The notes under the pieces: generated by a model
The model's input: the letters and a program-made list of their open reading frames with translations, nothing else
Told to the model about the DNA's origin: nothing
Databases searched by the model: none
Program-made: the position numbers and the translations under genes
Shown: positions 1 through 9,072 of the stretch, piece by piece
Layout: each line of letters begins with the position of its first letter
How positions within the stretch are numbered: the stretch's first letter is position 1
Assembly: GCA_964012805.1 (NCBI GenBank)
Contig: CAXGUD010000009.1
Coordinates: 49,204-113,203, forward strand
DNA length: 64,000 bases
Origin: an uncultured Bacteriovoracaceae bacterium
GTDB lineage: Bacteria > Bdellovibrionota > Bacteriovoracia > Bacteriovoracales > Bacteriovoracaceae
Reading direction: 5' to 3'

Positions 1-1216
1 CCTCCAAATAAGTTTTCATCTTTTCTTTTTTGTCGGTAAACTTTTCATCAGGAAGAATGACTTCTCTTTCTCTCTCTGTTTTAATAAATTCTTCTTCTTC
101 TTTTTCAATTTTTCTTTTTAGTTTGATCATCTGTGTTTCTTTCAAAAACTCTTCCCTTCTAGAAAAAGTGGTCCCAAACTCTTTAAATGAGTATCTATAT
201 AACTCCTGAAGAACAAGATTATTACGCTTGCTTCTTTCCAAAAACTGGATCATTTCCCTAACAAAGCCTTCATTACTTAATAAATGGGACCAGGCTGAAA
301 AAAGGAAAACAGTCCCCTTTGAAGAAATTTGCTCATTAAAAGTTAAGTCTTTAAATTTTTTATATATAACCTTCGCCATTCTCTCGTTTGTAGGTTTATA
401 TTCTAGAGCATTTAAAATTCTTAGTTTAAGATTTCTACCTTCTTTCTTTTTATCATCGTAGCGAACAAACAAAGTCCGAAAATAACCTCTGTTAAAAATA
501 AAAACCTTTATTTGTCTATATTCGGATCCTTCCTTTTTAGGTAAGATCACAACCCCAAGTTTCCTTTCACTATCATAATAAAAGTCCTCAAACTTTTTAC
601 CAATAACAGTTCTCCTAATTTCTAATAGAAAAAGGTTATAAACATACTCATACATATTTCCTTGAAGAATCCGGTCAATTGTTTTTTTTGAAAAGGTTTT
701 TCCTCTAAAAGGATTTATGTCTTTTAGAAAAATATCTCTCGCTATTTTTTTGTCAGATATTTTTAAAAGATAATTTTTAAAAATAGGTAAATTATATAAT
801 TTTTGATTTTTAAATGGCAGATTCAAAGCAATCTTCTCTCCTGAGAAAAATTGACCAAAAAAAATGCCTTTATTGTTAACAAACTTTGCCCCAGGCTCTT
901 TACTTAATTTCCCATCCATCACAACAGGTATTAAATTATAAACCGGATGATAAACTGGAAAAGGAAGAATGAAATTTTTTAAATGGAAATTCTTCCATTT
1001 ATCCTGGTTAGATTCCAAAATCTTCTGCTCAAATTTCGAAAGGCCAATTTCTTTTCCTTTTAACAATTCTCTTTTTTTTACGATAATAGACACTAAACGA
1101 GAGTGATAACCTTCATCAATAATTTTTTTGTAAAAAAAATAGGGAGTAAAAAGAATGCCACCTAAAAGCAAAAATCCTATTAAGCAAAATATAGTTAAAG
1201 ATAACAAAGTTCTCAT
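1..1216 (-). CDS. Hypothetical protein with N-terminal membrane anchor; 3' end runs off the window
   Basis: Hand-translated from ATG at 1216 (MRTLLSLTIFCLIGFLLLGGILFTPYFFYKK...); appears open to the window edge. Absent from the ORF track because it has no stop in the window. Confidence 0.75.
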   Translation of the reverse strand, partial: MRTLLSLTIFCLIGFLLLGGILFTPYFFYKKIIDEGYHSRLVSIIVKKRELLKGKEIGLSKFEQKILESNQDKWKNFHLKNFILPFPVYHPVYNLIPVVMDGKLSKEPGAKFVNNKGIFFGQFFSGEKIALNLPFKNQKLYNLPIFKNYLLKISDKKIARDIFLKDINPFRGKTFSKKTIDRILQGNMYEYVYNLFLLEIRRTVIGKKFEDFYYDSERKLGVVILPKKEGSEYRQIKVFIFNRGYFRTLFVRYDDKKKEGRNLKLRILNALEYKPTNERMAKVIYKKFKDLTFNEQISSKGTVFLFSAWSHLLSNEGFVREMIQFLERSKRNNLVLQELYRYSFKEFGTTFSRREEFLKETQMIKLKRKIEKEEEEFIKTEREREVILPDEKFTDKKEKMKTYLE

Positions 1217-1375
1217 AACCTTCTTCTCGTCCAAAAGATCAACTAACTGAGTAAATGTAAAATAAACTTACAAATAAAGTCAGAATTAGGAAGGTAAGAA
1301 ACGACAATTAGACGACAACAGCTAAAGTAATTAGAATAGAAAAAGTTAAAACGTTCCTACCTATTTGGATAAAGC

Positions 1376-1933
1376 ATGAAAATAACATTTTTCGTCCTAA
1401 TAAATATTTTCTTAATAGACTTATCACTATGCTATGGAAACCTCAACTTGGAAAAAGCAGGCTGTTTAGAAATAAAAGGAAAAAAAGCGCGTTTTAAGTT
1501 TGAACACAAACTATTAGGGAAATTCTCTATTTGCCAATCTAAAAATGAAGATAAAATAATATTCTTCAAAAGTAAAAAGAGGTTTCTAAACAATAAGTTT
1601 TGTTTTATACCAACTCATGAAAGAATCAATAAATCTTTTTATGTTGGTGAACCAAGGTGTCTTTTTTTAAATGACAGTGAAAAAGTTTTTAGAATTAATT
1701 TCCTTAAAAATAGACCTGGTAATTATGTGGACTTCCCAATAAATGGCACCCTCATTATCCCAGATAAATTTATCAACTTTCCAGACCCTTTTAATAAAGA
1801 AATAAAAATGGGTATTCCAGAGGCTTACCTCAGGTGCATGAAAGAAATAAATAAGAGAGAATCAAATACCTCATTTTGTGAATCATTCAAAAAGGCAAAT
1901 AACTTCATCTATGTCCCTCTTGCAAAGAGATAA
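1376..1933 (+). CDS. Hypothetical secreted, Cys-rich protein
   Basis: 185-aa ORF with signal-peptide-like N-terminus and several Cys; no family recognised. Confidence 0.65.
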   Translation: MKITFFVLINIFLIDLSLCYGNLNLEKAGCLEIKGKKARFKFEHKLLGKFSICQSKNEDKIIFFKSKKRFLNNKFCFIPTHERINKSFYVGEPRCLFLNDSEKVFRINFLKNRPGNYVDFPINGTLIIPDKFINFPDPFNKEIKMGIPEAYLRCMKEINKRESNTSFCESFKKANNFIYVPLAKR

Positions 1934-1935
1934 TA

Positions 1936-2826
1936 TTAACTTTTAAGATTCCCGGATATTAACTTACCCTTCCGGTAACTATTATAAGTGTCACCATCTT
2001 GCGATGGAAAACCAAGGATAGGAAGTATCGTATCACCGGCTTCTTCTATGGAAGGACCTATATTCATACATATCACAAAATAATAAAAGCTTTTTCCATC
2101 TTTTTCATGTGCTTTTATATAAGTAAAAAGATCGTCCCCATCTCGATCCCTTTCAGTATAGACTTCATCTGGACCTTCTAAAGTATCCTCCATAAAGATG
2201 TCGTAACAATAGAAATCCTCATAAGGAATATCTTTACTTGATCGTTGCTCAAGTAAAGAAGCTAAAAATGCGGACTTTTTACTTTCAATTGTTTCAAAAA
2301 CTTCTGAAGATATTTGTCCATCTGAGCCGCTCTCTCCGCCATCATTTTTTAGAAATTCTTCTAGATTCTCTAGTTCTTTTCCAATTCTAAACTCATTTAA
2401 AAGAGAAACTTCCTTGGTTGCAGTGACAAGAAAAATAAAAGAAGGTTTATTTTCAAAAACTAAGCAAAGGGAAGCTAAGTAGAAAGTGCCATCCATTTCT
2501 CCATCAAACTTTGAAATAAAAGAAAAAACCTCTTCTCCAAGAGAGTTTTGATTCCTCCATATTTCATCTGGCTCTGCAAAAAGTTTTTCCAAAAAAGAAG
2601 GATCCGAAATAAAATCACTTAAATTTTCTGTTTCACATTTATATTTCTTTCTTAGATCATCTTCACATTTCTCATAATAATCAACAATGGGTCCGTAAAA
2701 CTCTTTTATACAAATTTCAGAACAGAAGCCGCGGGGGATGACACTCTCAACAAAGTAGAGGCTTTCAGGATCATCCACAATTTTTTTACAATTATTACAA
2801 AAATAGAAGTTTTCTTTTAATTTCAA
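1936..2826 (-). CDS. Hypothetical acidic protein: N-terminal Zn-finger-like motif plus two internal repeats resembling the PBECR2/BECR fold
   Basis: CNNC...FCSEIC; repeats LFAEPDEIW...FRIGK and TLEGPDEVY...YRKGK. Confidence 0.6.
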   Translation of the reverse strand: MKLKENFYFCNNCKKIVDDPESLYFVESVIPRGFCSEICIKEFYGPIVDYYEKCEDDLRKKYKCETENLSDFISDPSFLEKLFAEPDEIWRNQNSLGEEVFSFISKFDGEMDGTFYLASLCLVFENKPSFIFLVTATKEVSLLNEFRIGKELENLEEFLKNDGGESGSDGQISSEVFETIESKKSAFLASLLEQRSSKDIPYEDFYCYDIFMEDTLEGPDEVYTERDRDGDDLFTYIKAHEKDGKSFYYFVICMNIGPSIEEAGDTILPILGFPSQDGDTYNSYRKGKLISGNLKS

Positions 2827-2833
2827 GATTTTC

Positions 2834-3742
2834 TCATATGTTTAAGTTAATCTTTGTAAAAACAGAATTACCATAAAAACCTTGGTGAGACCAAAGCCTC
2901 GCTCTCCTCAATTCCTCTTCCTTACGGACCTTATTTGTTCTAAATACTGCACCCAAAACAAAATCAAACTTTTTAGATAAGTTCAGGAATAACCAAGGAG
3001 ATAGGTGCCCACTCGACACTTTATTTTTCAATGAATCATTACTTTTAGACGTTGGTGAAACCTCGTAATGCACAGCTTCAATTGCAAAGTTAATATCCGG
3101 TGTTACTTTCCAGCCCAAAACACCATAATATTTTCTAATATCGCCAACTGCTAGCTCCCCTTGGTTCTTGGGTCTTCCTGTCATATGGTACTCATGACCT
3201 AATGAGAAAATTAAATTTGAAAAATTCCTCGAGGTTTCAAAACCGATCATCTTATCAGTCCTTGAAGAACCGAAGTTTGAGCTACTTTCTTTCAGACTAA
3301 CTCCAGCAAACAAATCCAGTTTTGAGTTAAAAGAACCATTAGACCAACTCAACCAATTAGCAACTACCCGAAAATCTAAATTGCCCTTTCTAGATTGATT
3401 TTCATTAAGGTTTAATGAATCTGCAAAACCAAAGTAATATCCAAGTTTTAAATAGAGGTCAGATTGTGGCCGATAATAAAGATTCATTTTATAAAAAGAA
3501 GCATTATCATTTTTTGAAAAGCTGTCAACATCAACAGATTCAATGGTGCCTTCGAAAGTCCAGCTGCCAAATCCACTTTTTGTAGTGGCTTTTGAAGAAG
3601 ATCTAGAAGAGTCTGCACGCTTTTCATTTTTTTTTCTTCTTTTCTTTTTAGTAGGAATTTCTTCTGTATAATCTGGAGGAGCCGATAAGAGAGGCACTGA
3701 AAAAAGGGCAAGCAGGAGGATTACTGAAATTTTTTTTTTCAT
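2834..3742 (-). CDS. Putative outer-membrane beta-barrel protein
   Basis: Signal peptide, alternating amphipathic strands with aromatic residues, ends in a beta-strand-like FTKINLNI. Confidence 0.55.
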   Translation of the reverse strand: MKKKISVILLLALFSVPLLSAPPDYTEEIPTKKKRRKKNEKRADSSRSSSKATTKSGFGSWTFEGTIESVDVDSFSKNDNASFYKMNLYYRPQSDLYLKLGYYFGFADSLNLNENQSRKGNLDFRVVANWLSWSNGSFNSKLDLFAGVSLKESSSNFGSSRTDKMIGFETSRNFSNLIFSLGHEYHMTGRPKNQGELAVGDIRKYYGVLGWKVTPDINFAIEAVHYEVSPTSKSNDSLKNKVSSGHLSPWLFLNLSKKFDFVLGAVFRTNKVRKEEELRRARLWSHQGFYGNSVFTKINLNI

Positions 3743-4103
3743 AACAAGCCTCTCCCTTCTCGCATTTTTAATTACAACAAAAGTTACGCTATACGTTCAT
3801 TAGACCAAAGAAAAAAAATTTTTTCAACTAATACTTTAAAAGCAAAAGAGAATGTCCCTTCACGAAAAAAGAGGGAAGGTTCAAAAATCATCTTTCTGAT
3901 TTCAAGAGTGAGAACCTTAGGATGTACTTACTTTTTAGAACCACAAAAGACTCTATGCAATGAGTAATTTCATTTGATGGAGAGCTTCATAGTACTATAG
4001 ATGACCCTTTTAAAACCATATCAAAGGAAAAACCTACCTCTTAGCCTGAGACTCATTAATCATATAAAATTAAATTAAAAAATAGAGCAGGAAGGAGGTT
4101 TTT

Positions 4104-4412
4104 TTGGATTTACAAAAATGGAGAAATAATCCTGAAATAGCTTCACTTGTAGAGATCGGAACAAAAGGATTCTACCCTCTTTTTTATCCCCAATGGCTCC
4201 ATGAAGTTTCCAATCTGCAAAGTAACCCATTTTCAAAACAAGAAGAGGAAAAAGCAAAGAAGATATTAAAGCAGCTTCAAAAGCACAAAAGCTTAGATAG
4301 AAAAAAAACACTCCTGTCTTCTTTAGAAAAAGAGGATCGAATTCTATTTATAAAAACATTCCTAAAAGCGGTTGAAGGAAAAATTCTAGACGAGAAACCA
4401 GAACTTCAATGA
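4104..4412 (+). CDS. Hypothetical protein
   Basis: TTG start after a strong GGAGG RBS; ATGA overlap with the next gene. Confidence 0.7.
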   Translation: MDLQKWRNNPEIASLVEIGTKGFYPLFYPQWLHEVSNLQSNPFSKQEEEKAKKILKQLQKHKSLDRKKTLLSSLEKEDRILFIKTFLKAVEGKILDEKPELQ

Positions 4413-4714
4413 AAAAACTTAATACAATTCTCTTTAATTTTATATTTGGTACTTTTTTTTTATTGCCTATGCAAGCCCAAGCGGAATACAGAGTCTACCA
4501 ATACTTTGTAAAATCTAAATTTAACCTACCTCAAGACAAAGAAGGACATCTTGTAACCTCCACACTAGATCCAGTTAGCTATATAGCTTATCACGGTGGT
4601 CGACAGTCAATTGAAATAGACTTGCTAAGAACATGGGTTTGTAAAGGTCACACAGGGTACTTTAAAAAATTTTGCGATTCCCCGCTCGACAAACTGAAAA
4701 AAACAAAAATCTAA
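4409..4714 (+). CDS. Small secreted hypothetical protein
   Basis: Signal peptide ending AQA-EY; two Cys (TWVCKGHT...FCDSP). Confidence 0.7.
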   Translation: MKKLNTILFNFIFGTFFLLPMQAQAEYRVYQYFVKSKFNLPQDKEGHLVTSTLDPVSYIAYHGGRQSIEIDLLRTWVCKGHTGYFKKFCDSPLDKLKKTKI

Positions 4715-4738
4715 ACTAACATTCGGAGGAATTTTCAA

Positions 4739-5914
4739 TTGAAAATAACTCAAGGTCAAAAAGATTTCGAACAAACCCTAAAATTTATAAAAGAGAAGAG
4801 GAAAAGAGAAATCAAACGAGGCCAACAAGAAGTTAAAAATATAAAAGATTATTACGATAAAGCTGTATCCACAACGAAAACAGATGGAGAAAAACGGTAT
4901 TATGAAGCAAAATTAAAAAATGAAAGTAAATTAGACCAAGCCTATAGAGAAGGTCTAAAAAACTTTGAGGAAAAACAAGGTGTTTTTGAAGGAGATCTTG
5001 AAAAAGTGAAGGATGCTTTTGAAACTAAAAAAAAGCTCTACCAAAATAGACTTAGAGAACTCAACAGAAGATTTAATATCAAGCTTCTAGATAGAAACGA
5101 ATACGCAGAAGACATACTTTCAAAGATAGACGGGGAGCATAGAGAAGCAATTCTAAATTTAGAGGAGGTAAGTTCTAGAGAATTAGCTGAAGCAGAAATG
5201 AGGGCCCTTAAAAGAATAAAGAGTAATCAACTCAGAAATAGAATAAAAATGGAAAGGCAAAAAAATGATTTTATGAAAAAAATGGGAGATGAAGGCTTAT
5301 TACTTGATGAAAAACTAAAAAATGAGAGGTTAAAAAGTAAAAAGAACCTTGATGATCTCGTTAGACTCCAAGATATAAAAAGACAGCAAGCCGTTAAAAG
5401 ACATCACGAAATTCTTGAAACAAAAAAAGACCAACATGCGGAAAAAATTAAATCAGAAGATAAATCTTTTAAGCAAAAATTTAGTATTTTAAAAGAAAAC
5501 CATCAAGAAGTTCTTGATAGAGTTAAAAAGCTATTCGATAAGCAAAAGATGGAGCTTATTAAATCCCACTCGAAAATAAAACAGACTCTAGATAACAAAC
5601 ATGAAGACGATTTCTATCATGTAAAAGTTATTGAGCCCAAACTAATTGATAATGAGAAAGAATACTTACTCTACATCAAAGTTCCACCTCATGAGAAAGA
5701 GACAACACATGTTGCAGCGAGAAACAGAAAAATTAACATCACCGTAGCAAGACGCTTTGAAGATAGAGTTCAAAATGATGACGGAACAATAGATAAATCT
5801 CGTAAATCAGAAATTTTCGGCAAGACAATCTATACGGATGATCTAATGGACCATAATGGAATTACTCAAAAGTATGAAAATGGTCACTTAATTTTTAAAA
5901 TCCTAAAAAAATAA
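4739..5914 (+). CDS. Long coiled-coil protein with C-terminal Hsp20/alpha-crystallin-like domain
   Basis: About 290 aa of charged helical sequence, then DNEKEYLLYIKVP...ITQKYENGHLIFKILKK (Hsp20-like); GGAGG RBS, TTG start. Confidence 0.65.
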   Translation: MKITQGQKDFEQTLKFIKEKRKREIKRGQQEVKNIKDYYDKAVSTTKTDGEKRYYEAKLKNESKLDQAYREGLKNFEEKQGVFEGDLEKVKDAFETKKKLYQNRLRELNRRFNIKLLDRNEYAEDILSKIDGEHREAILNLEEVSSRELAEAEMRALKRIKSNQLRNRIKMERQKNDFMKKMGDEGLLLDEKLKNERLKSKKNLDDLVRLQDIKRQQAVKRHHEILETKKDQHAEKIKSEDKSFKQKFSILKENHQEVLDRVKKLFDKQKMELIKSHSKIKQTLDNKHEDDFYHVKVIEPKLIDNEKEYLLYIKVPPHEKETTHVAARNRKINITVARRFEDRVQNDDGTIDKSRKSEIFGKTIYTDDLMDHNGITQKYENGHLIFKILKK

Positions 5915-5966
5915 GTGATCTCTTTTCTTTCAGAATAAAAAATCTTATAATCTAAAGAAAAGAGTC

Positions 5967-7112
5967 ATGAAAAGACCACAAATAGTTCACTTCATTACAA
6001 TTATATCAGACGACTTTATTAGTCTAAAGGCTGCAGTCGGATTATCGAGGAAACCCAGTATCCTCCAAGAACCCGGTCTAACACCCATATCAAGTTTAGA
6101 AAGTGATATTGCAAGTTTCCCAATTCAATCCTTTAACCTCCTCAACTCCCATGATTTTCAAATCAAAATTATTGGCCTGGATAAAGATCATAAAGTTGTA
6201 TTTGAAAAAGAATATGAAACGGATACTTACGGTAAGTTAAATTTCAAAATCCCCTTAACCAAAGAAACTTTTAAAATAAAGAGTTTTCAACTATACGAAA
6301 CAAGTCGCCTACCTCAGGTCGAACTTCTTCTTGGAAGCTTTATTCCTCTTAAAATCCAAACCCCTAGAAAAATTGTCATTTGCGACTTTGATAAGACCTT
6401 AGTTGATACAAAATACTCCACAACAAAAGAAGTATATGAGTCTTTAACAAAACCCCTTAAGGATTTTCCAAATGTCAAAAAAAGCATAGAGCTTTTGAAA
6501 AGCTATACTAAACAAGGCTTTCATCCTTTTATTCTTTCAGCATCTCCTCACTTTTACGAAAATGCTATTCGAGACTGGTTATATCAAAATAAAATTTTTA
6601 CGGCCGGCATTTTCCTTAAAGATGTTCGTCAAGTTTTTTCTCTTTGGGATGGTGATTTAGGCCCTAGAGATATAACTCATCAGGGTCTCTATAAATTAAA
6701 TCAACTACTAGACATTATAAATATGACTGACATTCCTGACGAACTTGTCCTTATGGGCGACAACTTTGAATCAGATCCCGTGATATATTTATCCTTTTCT
6801 CAAATGATCCAAAATAAGGAGGAGCCATGGGTTATTTGGAAAAACCTCAAAGACCAAAAAGACTTCTCCATTGGAAAAAAACAAAACTCTAAGTTTCTAA
6901 GTAAAATTTTTCAGATTAAAACTCTTCTTAATAACAAAAAGCAAAAAAGTAACAAATTTCAGATTAAATTGAAAATTTTTATTCGAAAAAAACATCCAGA
7001 TGAAGCCTTAAAAATCCCTTCAAACCTAAAAACTGAAGTAACAAGCATTGAAACCTACGCAACAGATACAACACCTAATGAGTTACCATCAAGCAATAAT
7101 CAGCCAGAATAA
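5967..7112 (+). CDS. HAD-superfamily phosphatase, App1/DUF2183 (phosphatidate phosphatase)-like
   Basis: Motif I CDFDKT, motif II LSASP, motif IV MGDNFESD. Confidence 0.7.
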   Translation: MKRPQIVHFITIISDDFISLKAAVGLSRKPSILQEPGLTPISSLESDIASFPIQSFNLLNSHDFQIKIIGLDKDHKVVFEKEYETDTYGKLNFKIPLTKETFKIKSFQLYETSRLPQVELLLGSFIPLKIQTPRKIVICDFDKTLVDTKYSTTKEVYESLTKPLKDFPNVKKSIELLKSYTKQGFHPFILSASPHFYENAIRDWLYQNKIFTAGIFLKDVRQVFSLWDGDLGPRDITHQGLYKLNQLLDIINMTDIPDELVLMGDNFESDPVIYLSFSQMIQNKEEPWVIWKNLKDQKDFSIGKKQNSKFLSKIFQIKTLLNNKKQKSNKFQIKLKIFIRKKHPDEALKIPSNLKTEVTSIETYATDTTPNELPSSNNQPE

Positions 7113-7355
7113 AAGCTCTGTAATAAAGAAAGTTAAGTAACCAATTGCAAGAAAAAGTCCTAGCCGATGAATTCGCTCAGGTTTCACTTTGCTTTCACTG
7201 ATTGAAATTAACATCTTGCCCAAAGGCAACTTACTAAAATTTAGAGGCAAAAACTCCAAAAAAACTCTAAGAAGTGATAGGATCAAAACACAATATTCCG
7301 AATTTTGCTTTAGGAAAAAAGGCATGAAATCAAAACTCCTGACCATAACATTCAC
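7089..7355 (-). CDS. Small hypothetical membrane protein
   Basis: 88-aa ORF with two hydrophobic segments filling the gap between genes; start uncertain. Confidence 0.45.
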   Translation of the reverse strand: MNVMVRSFDFMPFFLKQNSEYCVLILSLLRVFLEFLPLNFSKLPLGKMLISISESKVKPERIHRLGLFLAIGYLTFFITELLFWLIIA

Positions 7356-7378
7356 AATATAAAAAGGCTTATTACCTT

Positions 7379-9061
7379 ATGAACTTTATTCATCTTATCG
7401 GTGATCCAGAGGAAACCTTTTATCAATTAGGGCTAAAGGACAAAACTACCTACAGGCCACTCTATGATCAATTAAGAAAACTCACTCATCTAAACTCGAA
7501 AGTTCTCGATCATTTAATGGATGAAATTTTTAATTGGGGTGGTTATGCCTTAACCTTAAAATCTTCTAACTTTAGAAAAAAAGTTAAAGCCTACAATGAG
7601 GCTATTGGCCTAAAAGAAAGAGAGATGATAACCTCTTTTATTATACCAGAACTTCTTTCTTGCTTATCTAAATGGATTCCTGGTTTACCTCCCCAACTTT
7701 TTGGCTGTTCAAGCTATTTCATGTTGAATGAATTAGGCCAAACACTACATGGAAGAATTTTAGATTTTCCTTTAGTTGGGACATATGAGAATGAAGAGAG
7801 AGCTTTAAGGTGGGACGTGCCAGGTGTTAATAATCAAATTTTTTCCTATTCTTCTTCAGGGCTCCCTTTTTCCTCTTTGACTGCAATGAATTCATACGGA
7901 GTATCAGTTGCTCTCCATCAAAAATACACAGATCACTTCAATATAAAAGGAACACCTATTTTTGAAATTGCAGAAGAAATGCTTCTAAAATGTGGTGACA
8001 AAAAATCTGTCTTAAGCTTTTTAAAAAATAGTGAAAGTTTAACAACATGGGGCCTCTATATTGGTTTTGCTGATGGACAAGTATTAGAAGTAGATCTAAG
8101 AGGTGAAGAGATTTTTATTAATGAGTTCCGACTTGAAGAAAATCAAATCCTATACTTTAACAATATAAATTTAGGGAATCATACAGAAGAAGATGATTCC
8201 TATTTTATGCCTTATGGCGTTCCCTCTTTTTGTCAAATGAGGAAGGACACAGCCGAAGAAGAAATTCAAAGCTTCTTCGAAACCAAAAAAGAAAAGAGCT
8301 CCTTAAATCTATTAAAACTAATGAGTTTCCCCAAAAATCAAAAAACGAATCTAAAAGACTGGAAATTATCCCCTATCACTCAATCAAGCATTTCATGCTC
8401 AACTTTTAATTTAAATGATGAAGAATCTTTATTCATTCCAGGGCCTGCACCAAAGTATATTAGAAAAGAGATTTCTCAATTTAAAAATATTTGGTCTAGA
8501 AAGCCATTGCAAGAAAAGGTTACTTTAAAGTCAGATAAAAAACTCTCTTTTATAACTAATAAATACCACCAAGGTATGAAAGAATTAATCTCAGCACAGA
8601 CTTTTTATGATAAACACGATTTCCACATGGCCTATCACTTCATCCAAGCAAGTATAGAAACCTTAGATAAACTACCTGAGAAATTTATTGCAAAATTCTT
8701 TTTTGCTGTCTTCGAATTTATCCACGAACCACATACTAAAGCAAGAGGACTCATTTTACAGGAATTTAAAGAGCTTAAAGGAAAACTCCCATCCTATTTA
8801 AACGACCATTGCCTGCTATTTATAAACAGACTTCAGGTCTTAATCTCCGGGTACTCTAGCCTCTCACCGATGAGAATTAACCATATTGGTTTAAGAGAGG
8901 TTTTTTATTTTGAAAGAAATATTCCCAGGATCCTATTATACAAGACCATTTCCCCTCTTATGAGGCCAAGAATAGAACTTCTAGATGTTATTTATGGCCA
9001 TATATCTCCCCCCATCAAAATCAGAAAGCCTAAGATTGATGAGGGAAGCCTATCTTTATAA
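7379..9061 (+). CDS. Peptidase C45 / Ntn-hydrolase (acyl-CoA:6-APA acyltransferase-like)
   Basis: Nucleophile context GCSS, LHGRILDFP, TAMNSYGVSV. Confidence 0.75.
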   Translation: MNFIHLIGDPEETFYQLGLKDKTTYRPLYDQLRKLTHLNSKVLDHLMDEIFNWGGYALTLKSSNFRKKVKAYNEAIGLKEREMITSFIIPELLSCLSKWIPGLPPQLFGCSSYFMLNELGQTLHGRILDFPLVGTYENEERALRWDVPGVNNQIFSYSSSGLPFSSLTAMNSYGVSVALHQKYTDHFNIKGTPIFEIAEEMLLKCGDKKSVLSFLKNSESLTTWGLYIGFADGQVLEVDLRGEEIFINEFRLEENQILYFNNINLGNHTEEDDSYFMPYGVPSFCQMRKDTAEEEIQSFFETKKEKSSLNLLKLMSFPKNQKTNLKDWKLSPITQSSISCSTFNLNDEESLFIPGPAPKYIRKEISQFKNIWSRKPLQEKVTLKSDKKLSFITNKYHQGMKELISAQTFYDKHDFHMAYHFIQASIETLDKLPEKFIAKFFFAVFEFIHEPHTKARGLILQEFKELKGKLPSYLNDHCLLFINRLQVLISGYSSLSPMRINHIGLREVFYFERNIPRILLYKTISPLMRPRIELLDVIYGHISPPIKIRKPKIDEGSLSL

Positions 9062-9072
9062 AGTTGCTGAAC

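Noticed and set aside
228..461. 77-aa plus-strand ORF and the other 60-110 aa nested ORFs in the track
   Set aside because: They overlap longer, motif-supported genes on the opposite strand or frame
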